Assembly: GCA_963816395.1 (NCBI GenBank)
Contig: CAWFKQ010000014.1
Coordinates: 1-64,000 of the forward strand
Source: an uncultured delta proteobacterium
GTDB lineage: Bacteria > Desulfobacterota > Desulfuromonadia > Desulfuromonadales > JACZKF01
Direction: 5' to 3'
DNA length: 64,000 nt
Part shown: one piece after another, positions 1-11,618 of the stretch
How the letters are laid out: every line of letters begins with the position of its first letter
Numbering within the stretch: the first letter of the stretch is position 1
Notes under the pieces: generated by a model
Told to the model about the DNA's origin: nothing
What the model saw: the letters and a program-made list of their open reading frames with translations, nothing else
Database searches by the model: none
Program-made: the position numbers and the translations under genes

Positions 1-2793
1 TCAAGATCAGCCAGGCGACGCAGCCGACGATGACCCTCGCCCTCGCGCCGAAGCCGGGATACATCGCCGACCTGCGCAAGATCCGGGAGCTGGCCGACAA
101 CCGGATCAAGGAGGAGCTGCTGCGCCTCCCCGACGTGGGGAACGTGGAGGTCTTCGGCGGCCACCAGCCCGAGGTCCTGGTCGCCGTCGACCCGGAGCGC
201 CTCGCCCGCTTCGGCCTCGGTATCACCGAAGTGATGGCGGCCGACGCCGCCCAGAACGAGAACATCCCGCAGGGGGCGACGGCGCGCGAGGAGGGGCAGT
301 TCCTCTTCAAGAGCGAAGGGGCGGTGAGCCGGGTGGAGGAGCTGGGGGACCCGGGGGCCGCCCGCCGCGACGCCGGCATCGTCGATCTGCGCGACGTGGC
401 CCGGGTGGAACCGGCGGTGCAGGAGCCCCAGTCGGCCTACCACGGCAACGGCAAAGAGGCGATCGGCATCAACATCCTGCGCACCCAGAACGGCCACACC
501 CTGGACGCCATCCGGGCGACGGAAAAGCTACCTGCCGAGCCTAAAGGCGGAATATCCCTTCATCGACTTCGCGACGAGCTACACCCAGAAGCACCTCATC
601 GAGACGAGCGTCGACAACATGCTGGAGGCGCTGCGCGAGGCCATTCTGGTCACGGTGGTCGTCATCTTCCTCTTCCTCGGGAATTTGCGGGCCATGGCCC
701 TGTGCGCCGTCTCCATCCCCTTCACCTATCTCATCACCTTCGCCGTCATGTGGCTCTTCGGCTTCGAATTCCACATGGTGACGCTGACCGGCGTCATCCT
801 GGCCGTGGGGATGCTCCTCGACGACGCCATCGTGGTGATCGAGAACATCGAGCGCCACTACCGCACCGAGCGGGTCGACCTCAAGGACCTGGTGGCCGGC
901 GGCACGCAGGAGGTGATGCTCGCCATCTTCTCCGGCACCTACGCCACAGTGGTGGTACTGGTGCCGATCATCTTTGTCGGCGGTTACGTGCAGACGGTCC
1001 TGCGCCCCCTATCGCTGTCGCTGTGCATCGCCCTCGTCGCTTCCTACATCGTCTCGGTGACCATCATCCCGATCCTCGCCCCGTTCCTCCTCAAGGCGAG
1101 CCACCGCAACAACCGCTTCGAGAAGTGGATCAGCCGCGGCAGCGACCGCTTCACCGGCGCCATCCGCGACTTCTTCACCGGCGCCCTCGACACGGCGCTC
1201 GGGCACCGCTTCCTCTTCGTCGCCGCCGCCTTCGCCCTGCTGGTGGTGAGCGCCCGCTTCGTCAAGCCCCTCATCGGCCAGGACATCATGCCCCCCATGG
1301 ATACCGGCATCGTCAAGATCAGCTTCGAGGCGGACGCCAACTCCTCGCTGGCCCAGGCGAACGCCGTCCTCGCCCGCTTGGAGGAGGTGATCGGGGCCCA
1401 GAAAGGGGTGGTTTCGGTCAGCTCCACCCTCGGTTCGGAGCCCTCGGTCGTCTCCTTCGGCAGCGGCAGGAATCCCCAGCAGGGGAACATCACCGTCAAC
1501 CTGGTCGACCGTTTTCACCGCCGGCAGAGCATGTGGCAGATTGAGAACGAGATGCGGCGCCGGTTCGTGGCGATTCCGGGGCTGAAGTCGGTGGACGTCT
1601 TCGACTACGGCGCCACCCCGCTTTCCTCCATCCGCTCCACCGTCGACGTGATGGTGAGCGGCCCCGACCCACAGGTCCTCGCCGGCCTCGGCGAGGAAGT
1701 CAAACGGCGACTGGAGACGGTGCGGGGGCTGAAGTCGGTCGCCCTCTCCTGGAGCGCCGACAAGAAGGAGGTCCTCTTCACCGCCGACCGGGAGCGCTGC
1801 GCCACCTTCGGCATCTCGCCCAAGGAGATCGCGGCGCAGGTGCAGGCGGCGGTCCAGGGCGGGGTCTCCTCAGTTTTCCGGGTGGCCGGCGAGGACGGCT
1901 TTCCGGTGCGCATCCGCCTCGGCGAAACCTACCGGGACGACATGGCGAGCCTCGCCTCCTTCCGGGTCCACACCCCCGCCGGGGAGATTCCCCTGTCCCT
2001 GCTCGGCACGGTGAGGACAGCCTACGTCCCCCCTCTGCTCACCCGTCAGGAGATGCGCAACAGCATCGACGTCTTCGGCTACCGGGAGAAGGCGGCGGTC
2101 TCCCACATCATGGGTAACGTCCAGAATGCGCTTCAAGGGCTGAAGCTGCCGCCGGGGTACGCCCTTTCCCAGGAGGGGGATGCCAAACAGGGGAAGGAGA
2201 ACTTCGCCGCCCTCACCGCCGCCCTGGCCATCGGCATGGTCCTGCTCTACTTCTCCCTCATTCCGGCCTTCCGCTCCTTCGTCCACCCTCTGACCATCAT
2301 GAGCGCCATCCCCCTGGCGATGATCGGCGCCATCTGGTCGCTTCTGGTAACCGGCAAGCACCAGTTGACCGCCGCCTTCATGGGGATGATCCTGCTCGCC
2401 GGCATCGTGGTAAAGAACTCCATCCTCCTCATCGACTTCATCGCGGCGGCGAAGGAGAAGGGGGCCAGCACTCTGGAGGCGCTGCGAGAGAGCGTCCGGG
2501 TGCGGACCCGGCCGATCCTGATGACCGCCTTCGGCACGGCGGTGGGGATGCTCCCCATCGCCCTGGAGCGGGCGATCGGCCTGGAGCGTCTCTCGCCACT
2601 GGCGGTGGTGGCGATCGGCGGGCTGTTGGTCTCGACCTTCCTGACCCTGCTCTACGTGCCAATCTTCTATACTGTATTTGAAGATCTCGCGAAGTGGTTC
2701 CGCCGTTTGGCCGGACGCGATGGCCGACCCGTCAAAGAAGAAACGCTCCCTACCCGGGTCGCCGCACCCTCTGCGCTCGCCGAACGAGACTAA
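1..2793 (+). CDS. RND efflux permease (AcrB/CzcA family), 5' truncated by the window edge, apparent frameshift near 530-545
   Basis: ORF 30.. gives LPDVGNVEVFGG..VDPERL; ORF 619..2793 continues with MLLDDAIVVIENIERH, GIVVKNSILLIDF and RTRPILMTA, the RND transmembrane signatures. Confidence 0.9.
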
Positions 2794-2819
2794 ACCAGCA
2801 GACCCGAAAGGGATCGACC

Positions 2820-3010
2820 ATGCGAAAAGTGGCGAGCACTGCGGCGATGCTGCTGCTCTTGGCCGGAGCCGTGGCGGCAACCGAGCGTGTTCCCGAATCC
2901 AGCCTGGACGAAGTGCAGCGGCGCGGGGCTCAGCTCACGCCTTCAGCCTGGAAAAGACCATGCACAGCTTCACCAAGACCGAAAGCGGGGGCTCACTCGC
3001 CAGTCGCGGC
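2820..3010 (+). pseudogene. Truncated, frameshifted remnant of an exported hypothetical protein
   Basis: Signal peptide MRKVASTAAMLLLLAG, then EVQRRGAQ / FSLEKTMHSFTKTESGG across a frame change; coding-like sequence ends abruptly. Confidence 0.4.
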
Positions 3011-3062
3011 GTGACGGTCATGCCTGAGCACCGCCCCAAAAAACCAGCCGGAGTCAGAGACC

Positions 3063-3106
3063 CCGGCTGGTGTGGGAGGCGCCGGCTGGTGTGGGAGGCG
3101 CCGGCT
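3063..3106. repeat. 19-bp tandem duplication CCGGCTGGTGTGGGAGGCG x2 plus partial third copy, at the hcp stop
   Basis: Read directly at 3063-3081 and 3082-3100, followed by CCGGCT. Confidence 0.85.
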
Positions 3107-4800
3107 CAGCCGAGGATCTGCTTGAGATCCTCCTCAGCGGTGCCGATGGGGCCGATGTTGTAGTTCTCGACCAGGAAGTTGAGAACATTCGGGGTGATGA
3201 AGGCCGGCAGGGAAGGGCCGATCTTGATGTTCCTGATCCCCAGATGGAGTAGGGTGAGCAGGATCGCCACCGCCTTCTGCTCGTACCAGGAGAGGACCAG
3301 GGAGAGGGGCAGATCGTTCACCCCGCACTCGAAGGCTTTCGCCAGAGCCACCGCCACCTGGATTGCGCTGTAGGCGTCGTTGCACTGGCCGACGTCGAGC
3401 AGCCGCGGGATGCCGCCGATTTCGCCCAGATCGAGCTTGTTGAAGCGGTACTTGCCGCAGGCGAGGGTCAGGATCACCGTGTCTTTCGGCGCCTGCTCGG
3501 CGAACTCGGTGTAGTAGTTGCGCCCCGATTTAGCACCGTCGCAGCCGCCAACCAGGAAGAAGTGCTTGATCGCTCCGGCTTTGACCGCCTCGATGACCTT
3601 GTCGGCGACGCCGAGGATGGCGTGGTGGCCGAAGCCGGTGAGGATCTCCTGCCCGGGATTGTCGGCGAAGCCCTGGCACTCCTTGGCCTTCTCGATCACC
3701 TTGCTGAAGTCCCACCCCTCGACGTGCTTGACCCCCGGCCACTGCACCAGGCCCCAGGTGAAGAGGCGGTCCTTGTAGTTCTCCGCTGGCTTCTGGATGC
3801 AGTTGGTGTTGAAGATGATCGCCCCGGGGAAGTTCTGGAACTCCTTGTGCTGGTCCTGCCAGGCGCCGCCGAAGTTGCCCGCCAGATGGGTGTACTTCTT
3901 GAGGCCAGGATAGCCGTGGGCGGGGAGCATCTCGCCATGAGTGTAGACGTTGACCCCGGTCCCCTCGGTCTGCTTGAGCAGTTCCTCAAGGAACTTCAGG
4001 TCGTGGCCGGAGACCAGGATTGCCTTGCCGGCCTTGGTGCCGAGTTGTACCGGGGTCGGCTGCGGCTGGCCGTAGGCCTCGATGTGGGCCTGGTTGAGCA
4101 GCTCCATGGTGACGTAGTTGATACGGCCGGTCTCCAGGGCGAGTTCGACGTTGGCCATCAGATCGTGGCTGTCATCGAGCAGAGCCGCCAGCGCCTTGTG
4201 TGTAAAAGCATAGATCTCGTCCGACTCTTTGCCGAGAATCCGGGCATGGTCGGCATAGGCGGCATAGCCCTTGAGGCCGTAGGTGATGATCTCGCGCACC
4301 GAATGGATGTCGGCATCGACAGTGAAGTCCTTGACGCCGTGCAGTCGGCCGAGCGCGACCTGCGCCTCGCGGCCGGCTGGCAGGTTCCAGTCCTGGGCTG
4401 CGGCCGGAACCGCGCCGCCGTAAGCTCCGGCCAGCTCCTTGGCCTTGGCACGCAGGCGCACCGCCTCGGCGACCAGCCTGGCGATGGCGTCGACATCAAA
4501 ATCGACGTTGGTGACGGTGGCAAATAGTCCGTCGATCATGAACCGATCGATCTCCTGGTCCTCCCGGCCGGCTTGGCGGGCCTTGTCGGCCCAGAAGGCG
4601 ATCCCTTTGAGGCTGTAGACCAGCAGGTCCTGCAGGGCGGCGACCTCGGGCTGCTTACCGCAGACGCCGACTACCGAACAGCCGCCGTTGGCGGCCTGTT
4701 CGCACTGATAGCAGAACATCGCCTCTTCCTTAGTTGTCTTGCCCGGCCCAACGGGGGCCGGCTGTTTTTTGCCCAAACCGAGAAAATCAAAGATCCCCAT
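3106..4800 (-). CDS. hcp: Hybrid cluster protein (hydroxylamine/NO reductase); alternative start at 4719
   Basis: MFCYQCEQ..GC..VGVCGK, HGEMLPAHGYP, GGCDG, GQCNDAY and SWYEQKAV motifs. Confidence 0.97.
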   Translation of the reverse strand: MGIFDFLGLGKKQPAPVGPGKTTKEEAMFCYQCEQAANGGCSVVGVCGKQPEVAALQDLLVYSLKGIAFWADKARQAGREDQEIDRFMIDGLFATVTNVDFDVDAIARLVAEAVRLRAKAKELAGAYGGAVPAAAQDWNLPAGREAQVALGRLHGVKDFTVDADIHSVREIITYGLKGYAAYADHARILGKESDEIYAFTHKALAALLDDSHDLMANVELALETGRINYVTMELLNQAHIEAYGQPQPTPVQLGTKAGKAILVSGHDLKFLEELLKQTEGTGVNVYTHGEMLPAHGYPGLKKYTHLAGNFGGAWQDQHKEFQNFPGAIIFNTNCIQKPAENYKDRLFTWGLVQWPGVKHVEGWDFSKVIEKAKECQGFADNPGQEILTGFGHHAILGVADKVIEAVKAGAIKHFFLVGGCDGAKSGRNYYTEFAEQAPKDTVILTLACGKYRFNKLDLGEIGGIPRLLDVGQCNDAYSAIQVAVALAKAFECGVNDLPLSLVLSWYEQKAVAILLTLLHLGIRNIKIGPSLPAFITPNVLNFLVENYNIGPIGTAEEDLKQILG

Positions 4801-5023
4801 GGCTTATTTTTCCTTTCATGGTCAAGAGTTGAGGTAACAGCATCAGGCTGTAACCGGTTATTGGCGGGGTGAGGTCAAAGTTATCCAGGTGGTTCAGGGT
4901 GGATAGCCTTATTCTTCTCCGGGGATTACTGCCGCCAGCTTGTCAGGTTTGATGGGAGAGCGAGCCCCCCATTATTGATGGACGCTTATCGTCAACGGTC
5001 TAGGGGGCGCTGTTGATGGCCTG

Positions 5024-5065
5024 AGTATAGAAAGCCAGGTCGCGAGAAAATATGACGCAAGTCAA
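5024..5065 (-). promoter_or_regulatory. Class II CRP/FNR-family (HcpR-type) promoter of hcp
   Basis: ATGAC-GCAA-GTCAA at 5052-5065 (one mismatch to TTGAC-N4-GTCAA). TATACT -10 at 5029-5024 puts the site centre at about -41.5. Confidence 0.75.
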
Positions 5066-5569
5066 AACATTACTAATCATGTCGGCTTTTTCTCTGGCCA
5101 TCGGCTGCCGATGCCCCGAATGGCAGAAAAATGGGGGAGGTTATTACGGTTCCGAGGATAGCCGCTGGGCGGGGGATTAACAGTGGCGGGGCCAAGTGAT
5201 CCTACCTCTTCGGCCCGCGCGAAACGCTCTGGACGAAACAGCTCCTGCTTTGCAGCGCCGAATACTGTCGATGACCATGTGCCGACGGCACACCCAGATT
5301 CCGACGTCAACCCGTTGCAAGACCCTCAGAACACTGCCGTCACCATCAATACCCTGGAGCAGGCGGCCGCCGCCCTGGAGGGCAGCGGCCTGGGCTGCAT
5401 TTTCCAGGGTGTCTGCTATCTTTTGCGCAGGTGCAGCTTCGAAGCCGCGCGGGCGTACGTCTCAGATGATCGGGCCGATGCCAGAGCGTTCCCCGGTGAG
5501 TCGCTTGCAAGTGCGGGAGAGATGGATGCGATCGAGCGAAGCACATGCTGTGTTGCGGGACGGTGAGCC

Positions 5570-8008
5570 GTGAGTGCACGGCGCGTGCTGGGCCGGGCGG
5601 CGGCCGTCCTCGGGATTCTGCTCGCCATTGTTCTGCTCGGCTTAGGAGGTCTTTATCTGTGGCTGCGCACTTCTTTGCCGAAGGTCGACGGGAAGCTGGA
5701 TGTCGCCGGGCTCCACGGTCCCGTGACGATCACCCGCGATGGTCATGGCATTCCGCGGGTCGCAGCGTCGGATGCGCACGATGCTATTTTTGCGCTGGGC
5801 TTCCTGCACGGACAGGATCGCATCTTTCAGATGGATATGCTCCGCCGCTACGGCGCCGGCAAGCTGGCAGAGATCGGTGGCAAGGGGCAGCTCGATAGTG
5901 ACCGCTTCATGCGCACGCTCGGCCTGGCGCGGGCGGCCGAGCAGCAGCTCGAGCACCTTTCACGCCCCGTGCGCGAGGTGCTGCAGGCCTATGCGGATGG
6001 CGTGAATGCGGCGATCGCGAACAGCTCCGATGCGCAGAGGCCTTACTACTACGTGATTCCAGGGCCTCGTCAGTGGCAGCCGGCTGACACGCTGATCGTG
6101 CGCAATGTAATGGCGTTATTTCTCTCCCAGAACTACCGCAACGAGCTGCTGCACGGCCAGCTCGCGGAAAGACTCACGCCGGCGCAGTTGCGCGAGCTGT
6201 ATCCGGATCATCCGCCGGACAGCGTCGATTACGCCGCGGACAGACAGGCCATGGCTCGGTTGCCGATGGAGCAACTGGCGGCGGCGCTGCCGGCGGCGAG
6301 CGCCTGGCCGTATGCATCCAACAACTGGGTGATTGACGGCAAACATTCCGATACCGGCAAGCCGCTGCTGGAGAACGACCCCCATCTGACACTGCTCGCA
6401 CCCTCCATCTGGTATCTCGCCCGACTCGAATTTCCAGGCTACGATCTTACAGGCGGCACCATTCCGGGCGCGCCGTTCGTCATCGTCGGCCACAACGGGC
6501 ACATCGGCTGGGGCTTCACGGAGACGGGCGGCGACGTGGAGGACCTGTTCATCGAAAAGCCCGATCCGCACGACCCGCAGGCCTACCTGACACCCTCGGG
6601 CTCCGAGCCCTTCCAGGTGCGCCAGGAGACGATTCACGTTCGCGGCGGCGCGGACGTGCCCATCACCATTCGCTCGACGCGGCACGGCCCCGTCATTTCG
6701 GATGTGCTCGCGCAGAAGAGCGGTAACAGCGCGCTCCCCGGCGCCGGCAGCAAAAAAACATCCAGTCCCGCCGTGCCGAGCGGCGATTACGTGATGGCGC
6801 TGCAGGCGACGTTTCTCGCGCCGGATGACATCACGGCCGAAGCGCTGTGGAAGATGGATCTGGCGCGGGACTGCAACGAATTCAGGGACGCCCTGCGCGA
6901 ATACCAGGCGCCGCAGATGAACATCGTCTTCGCCGGCGTAGACGGCACCATCGGCTTCATGGCGCCCGGGCGCATTCCCATCCGCCGCAACGGCTTCGGC
7001 TGGGTGCCACATCCGGGATGGACCGGCGACTACGACTGGATCGGCTACATCCCCTTCGACCAACTGCCGCAGAAGATGAATCCGCCGGAAGGGCACATCG
7101 TCACGGCCAACAACAAGATCGTTCCGGACGATTATCCCTATTTCATCACCAGCAACTGGGCGCTGCCGTACCGGGAGGAGCGCATCAAGTCCTTGCTGAA
7201 GGCGAGGCCGGTGCAGTCCGTCGCCTCCACGTCGGCAATTGCCGGAGATGTCCTTTCACTGGAGGCCGGGCAGCTGCTGCCGGAGCTGCTGAAGGTACAG
7301 CCGGACGATGCGGGCACGCGCTGGGCGGTGGAACAGCTCAATGGCTGGAGCCGTGACATGCAGGTGGGCGACGTGGGACCGTTATTGTACCTCGCGTGGC
7401 TGCGCGAGCTGGAACGGATCCTCTTCGCCAAGCAACTCGGCGCCACATTCGCCGGCTACTGGTCGCCTCACCCGCAGGTAGTGCTGGATATCCTGCGCAA
7501 CCAGCCGGGCTGGTGCAGCCCGGAAAGCACAGGCTCGCAAGCAGGCGACTGCGACGCCGTGCTGCTCCAGGCCCTGCATCGCGCCTTGAACGATCTGCAG
7601 CAGGCGCTCGGCAACGATCGCTCCCGCTGGAAATTTGGCAAGCTGCACGCCGCACTTTTTTCCAGCCCGGTGCTGTCAAAGATTCCATTGCTCGGCACGG
7701 TACTCCGGCTGAGTATTCCCGCGCCGGGGGCGAACAGCACCATCAACGCCGGCATCATGGATTTTTCCAGCGAGCAGCATCCGTTTCTGGCTATCGGCGG
7801 GCCGTCGCTGCGGTTCGTGCTGGACTTCTCCAAGCTGTCCCGCTCGCGATTCATGTTCGCGCCGGGGGTCTCGGAAAATCCGCTCTCACCGCACTACGGC
7901 GATCTCATGCGCCCCTGGCGCGACGTCAAATGGCTGGATTTCTCGCGCCTACCGGCCTCGCACACTCTGACGCTGATGCCCTCCGCAAAGGGACGCCAGG
8001 GAAGCTGA
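5570..8008 (+). CDS. Penicillin acylase / AHL acylase family Ntn hydrolase
   Basis: N-terminal TM anchor, ITRDGHGIP, GFLHGQDRIFQM, catalytic SNNW, ENDPHL, TANNK, SPHYGD. Confidence 0.93.
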   Translation: MSARRVLGRAAAVLGILLAIVLLGLGGLYLWLRTSLPKVDGKLDVAGLHGPVTITRDGHGIPRVAASDAHDAIFALGFLHGQDRIFQMDMLRRYGAGKLAEIGGKGQLDSDRFMRTLGLARAAEQQLEHLSRPVREVLQAYADGVNAAIANSSDAQRPYYYVIPGPRQWQPADTLIVRNVMALFLSQNYRNELLHGQLAERLTPAQLRELYPDHPPDSVDYAADRQAMARLPMEQLAAALPAASAWPYASNNWVIDGKHSDTGKPLLENDPHLTLLAPSIWYLARLEFPGYDLTGGTIPGAPFVIVGHNGHIGWGFTETGGDVEDLFIEKPDPHDPQAYLTPSGSEPFQVRQETIHVRGGADVPITIRSTRHGPVISDVLAQKSGNSALPGAGSKKTSSPAVPSGDYVMALQATFLAPDDITAEALWKMDLARDCNEFRDALREYQAPQMNIVFAGVDGTIGFMAPGRIPIRRNGFGWVPHPGWTGDYDWIGYIPFDQLPQKMNPPEGHIVTANNKIVPDDYPYFITSNWALPYREERIKSLLKARPVQSVASTSAIAGDVLSLEAGQLLPELLKVQPDDAGTRWAVEQLNGWSRDMQVGDVGPLLYLAWLRELERILFAKQLGATFAGYWSPHPQVVLDILRNQPGWCSPESTGSQAGDCDAVLLQALHRALNDLQQALGNDRSRWKFGKLHAALFSSPVLSKIPLLGTVLRLSIPAPGANSTINAGIMDFSSEQHPFLAIGGPSLRFVLDFSKLSRSRFMFAPGVSENPLSPHYGDLMRPWRDVKWLDFSRLPASHTLTLMPSAKGRQGS

Positions 8009-8056
8009 TTCGGGCCTGGCAAATCCTGTCTGCGCGACGGGTGGGTATTCTACAAT

Positions 8057-8323
8057 TTGGTCAAGGAGCAGCCTCTGCTCAGCGAGATCATGGACACCAT
8101 ACTGGACGGTGTCGTCACGATCGAGCACTCCGATACATTTACCTATGTCAACGCGGGCGCCGCCAAGATCTTCGGCGTCAGACGGGGGGAGTTGGAGAAC
8201 CGAAAATTTGGGGCGGAGGAATGGGCGTTCTTGTCGGAAGACGGTTTGCCCCTTACCTGTGAGGATGAACCCTTCGAAAAGGTCTACAGGGGAAATATCT
8301 CCATTCGCTCATTGGGGATTTAA
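8057..8323 (+). pseudogene. Isolated PAS-domain fragment
   Basis: IMDTILDGVVTI..FTYVNAGAAKIFG is a PAS N-terminus; stops after 88 aa with no output domain. Confidence 0.5.
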
Positions 8324-8379
8324 CCTCTCCGTTTGCGTTTGCCTCCCTCTCCGCCAAATTTTCTTCGCGTCCAGCTAAC

Positions 8380-8530
8380 GCGAAAAGCTGCTTTAGGCTT
8401 GATTCGGCCGCCTGGCGGGAAGGAACATAGAGATTCGCCAGGGTGGCGGACCTGGCGGTCTGCAGCAACCGTCGAGGGAACCTTGCGCTGAGTACCAGGG
8501 GATGTCCCACGCCATGAAGTCACGGTGGAG
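8380..8530 (-). pseudogene. DUF899-like gene remnant
   Basis: RDFMAWDIPWYSAQGSLD resembles the DUF899 core; flanks degenerate; recalled similarity only. Confidence 0.4.
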
Positions 8531-8644
8531 CAGGATCTGCGTCGGTGCCGTCGGCTGTTGATATCCCCCCGTTCTTCGATTTATCCAGCATGGTCGCCTC
8601 CGTGTGCCACGCCCCGACACCCCTTAGCCTGATCAGGGCGAAAT

Positions 8645-9259
8645 TCATTCTTTGAGTTTCAATGCAATCCTTGCAACATGGGCACCCTGGAAACGGGCTC
8701 CCGCCAGTTCATTGTCGCTCGGCATCCGCTCACCCTTGCCACCGGCGATAGTCGAGGCGCCGTACGGGCTGCAGCCGGTGATTTCGGATATCCCCATCTG
8801 GCCGGCGAAGGTATAGGGCAAGCCGACGAGCACCATCCCCTGATGCAGCAACGTGATGTGAAAGCTGAGGATGGTCGATTCCTGGCCGCCGTGCTGAGTA
8901 GCGGAGGAGGTAAAGACGCTACCGACCTTGCCGACCAGAGAGCCTTTCAGCCAGAGACTTCCGGTGGCATCGAGGAACTGACGCATCTGGCCGCACATGT
9001 TGCCAAACCGGGTCGGTGTGCCAAAGATAATCGCATCCGCCTCAGTCAGATCTCCAACGGTGGCAATGGGAAGATGAGCCATGGCTTTTTGGGCACCCAG
9101 CGCCCCCATTTTTTCCAAAACCTCCTCGGGCAGGGTTTCCGGGACACGCTTGATCACCGCCTCGCACCCTTTGACTTCGCCAACCCCTTCGGCTACGGCC
9201 TCGGCCATCTTGTAGATGTGGCCGTAGAGACTGTACTGAACAATCAATACCTTGCACAT
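8645..9259 (-). CDS. wrbA: NAD(P)H:quinone oxidoreductase type IV
   Basis: [24 protein letters not shown] and SPYGAST motifs; AGGAG RBS. Confidence 0.95.
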   Translation of the reverse strand: MCKVLIVQYSLYGHIYKMAEAVAEGVGEVKGCEAVIKRVPETLPEEVLEKMGALGAQKAMAHLPIATVGDLTEADAIIFGTPTRFGNMCGQMRQFLDATGSLWLKGSLVGKVGSVFTSSATQHGGQESTILSFHITLLHQGMVLVGLPYTFAGQMGISEITGCSPYGASTIAGGKGERMPSDNELAGARFQGAHVARIALKLKE

Positions 9260-9658
9260 GTGATTCTCCTTTTATTGTTTTCGCCAGGTTTATCCGATCT
9301 GCAACAAAGCATCCGGCGCGAGGATCTCTCCGACGGCATTGGCCGTCAGCGCGCAAACCGGCACCTACCATGGCCGAAGAAGATGGTTGGCATCAGTTCA
9401 GTCATTGCTAGCCTCTGCGCTGCAATTCCTGGGCTCACTGCTGAACGCTTGGAAAAGGACAGAACCATCGTGGCGAGGAAGGGGGCCGCCAAAATTGCCA
9501 CTGTGCGCAAAATATTCGAGCCTGGGCCTATGGACCGTTCGACTGGTGTGTCTTTTGAAGTATAGGTGATCTCTTGGGGGTTACAACCGCCAGGGATTAT
9601 CGCGATCGCCATGGAGAGATCCCCTTACCCGGTACAATCTCTTACCACCAGCAGCAAT

Positions 9659-10069
9659 TCAAGGCAGAGGCTTCCTGTGCCGGAGCAAACCGTCAATGCT
9701 CAAAGGGCCAGCGCCGCACACCGCGAAGAACAGGAAGATGAAACAGAGCAGCACGGCCGGTTCACCGTGGTTCCGGATCGGCCAGGCGCCGTTGGGTTGG
9801 TGGAACTGGGAATAGGCCACCGCCATCTCGCCGGAGAGGATGAAGGCCACCGGTCGAGTAAAGAGGCCGAGTAGTATGGCGACCCCGCCGTAGAATTCGA
9901 GCACCCCGCCGATCCAGGTCTGCGACAGCAGCGGCGGGTGGCCGCCGAACTCGGCGGGGATTCCGCCGAACCAGTCGAACAGTTTCATACCCCCTGCCTG
10001 GAGGAACAGCAGGCCGGCTACAACGCGCAGCAGAGTCAAAGCGATTTGTTTAAGCAGATCCATGTTCAT
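9659..10069 (-). CDS. DoxX family membrane protein
   Basis: LLRVVAGLLF..G.MKLF, GLFTRPVAFILSGEMAVAY, GAGPLSID. Confidence 0.9.
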   Translation of the reverse strand: MNMDLLKQIALTLLRVVAGLLFLQAGGMKLFDWFGGIPAEFGGHPPLLSQTWIGGVLEFYGGVAILLGLFTRPVAFILSGEMAVAYSQFHQPNGAWPIRNHGEPAVLLCFIFLFFAVCGAGPLSIDGLLRHRKPLP

Positions 10070-10341
10070 GGGCGTAAATCCTTAGCGAATGGCAGGTATG
10101 CGACCCGAATTTAATTAAATTTTACCTCTGGCGCAGGAAAGCGCCAGGGATTGAGGTGGAAGCGGATGAAGGGGGATTCGCCATTTCTGCTTCTTATGGT
10201 CACTGAACAAACAGAAAGGGCCATTCCGATCCGAGCGATTAGAAATGGCCCTTCGTTCCTGTCCGAAATATCCCGCCGAATCAGGACCGGTCAGTTCTGT
10301 TCTGTAGGGAGTGATTTTTAAGACTACATGGAGGGTATTTC

Positions 10342-10533
10342 TCAGCACCTTTGGTGGAAAATGCCGTTCATCCCCTGCTCGACGACGTAGCCGCTCAAAT
10401 CTGCCTTGACGTCAGGGACAAAGGGCATGTTCCGGTATTGTCTCATGACGTTGTCGCAGGCTTGCACCGCCCCGGCCTGAGCCAGAGCCTGATCCACGAT
10501 CAGCCGCACTTCCGTCTTCAGCGGCGCGGACAT
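10342..10533 (-). pseudogene. DUF4197-like internal fragment
   Basis: YRNMPFVPDVKADLSGYVVEQGMNGIF resembles the DUF4197 C-terminal part. Confidence 0.5.
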
Positions 10534-10578
10534 CTTCCCCCTGAAATAGGGAGGGATGATGTATGGTTCTAATGGGCA

Positions 10579-10767
10579 TCACACGTCCGGAGCCTTCAGC
10601 AATGGACGGTCGAAATCCTGGATCTGGTCAGCCACAGCCGGTTGTACAGCAGTCGCGATCCAAGCGGCCACATAAAGATTCAGCCGCGCAAAAAGGTTGA
10701 AAAAAAGCATTAATACAATCACGGGACCGAACACGGCGGCCGCGGGGTTGCCGGAAAATTTGCCCAT
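10579..10767 (-). pseudogene. YihY/BrkB-like membrane protein C-terminal fragment
   Basis: NPAAAVFGPVIVLMLFFNLFARL..AAWIATA. Confidence 0.45.
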
Positions 10768-10769
10768 CA

Positions 10770-11090
<321 letters not shown>

Positions 11091-11184
11091 ACAAAGGAAA
11101 AGGTCCGGCTGGATGACAATGGCTTGAGATGCAGGGAGCGGCCGTTCGGCCGCTCCCCCTGTGTCATTCTCACAAAAATACCTT

Positions 11185-11400
11185 CTACTTCCCATTCAGA
11201 GTCTTGTCGATCTTCTCTCCGGCCTTTTCTGCCGGTCCCTGCCCCTGCACGGTATCCTGTACGGCATCCTTGGTGTTCTGGGCGGCTTTATCGATTTTCT
11301 CTCCTGCCTTCTCGGCCGGCCCCTTCTGGTCACAGGCCACAAGCCCGGCGGCAAGAACAAGGGCTGTCACCAGGGCGAAGGATTTACGTAAGATCATCAT
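11185..11400 (-). CDS. Small lipoprotein with internal GPAEKAGEKIDK repeat
   Basis: Lipobox LVAC; GPAEKAGEKIDK occurs twice; AAGGA RBS. Confidence 0.8.
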   Translation of the reverse strand: MMILRKSFALVTALVLAAGLVACDQKGPAEKAGEKIDKAAQNTKDAVQDTVQGQGPAEKAGEKIDKTLNGK

Positions 11401-11556
11401 CGGCTATCCTTTCCGCCGGCAGGCGAGAGAAGAGGCCCGCCAGCCGAAGTTTAATGGTTAGTTTCCTCCACTATAACAAAAAAGCCCCATGGAAAAAGGC
11501 GGCTGGGAAGGTTGGCGGGGTCTTCCCGCAGATCCAGGCGATTTTGCCCCCTCGTA

Positions 11557-11597
11557 TTGACATGGCAACTTCTTCTGGGAGAATTGAACACTCGTTC
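11557..11597 (+). promoter_or_regulatory. Sigma-70 promoter with putative TetR auto-operator
   Basis: TTGACA 11557-11562, GAGAAT 16 bp later, palindrome GAAC-ACTC-GTTC 11586-11597. Confidence 0.45.
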
Positions 11598-11618
11598 GTT
11601 TTCCCAAAAGGGGGGGAC

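Noticed and set aside
3063..3106. Tandem repeat as a CRISPR remnant
   Set aside because: Copies are adjacent with no spacer, and there are no cas genes
5183..5566. 127-aa ORF upstream of the acylase
   Set aside because: No recognisable motif, clear RBS or convincing codon bias
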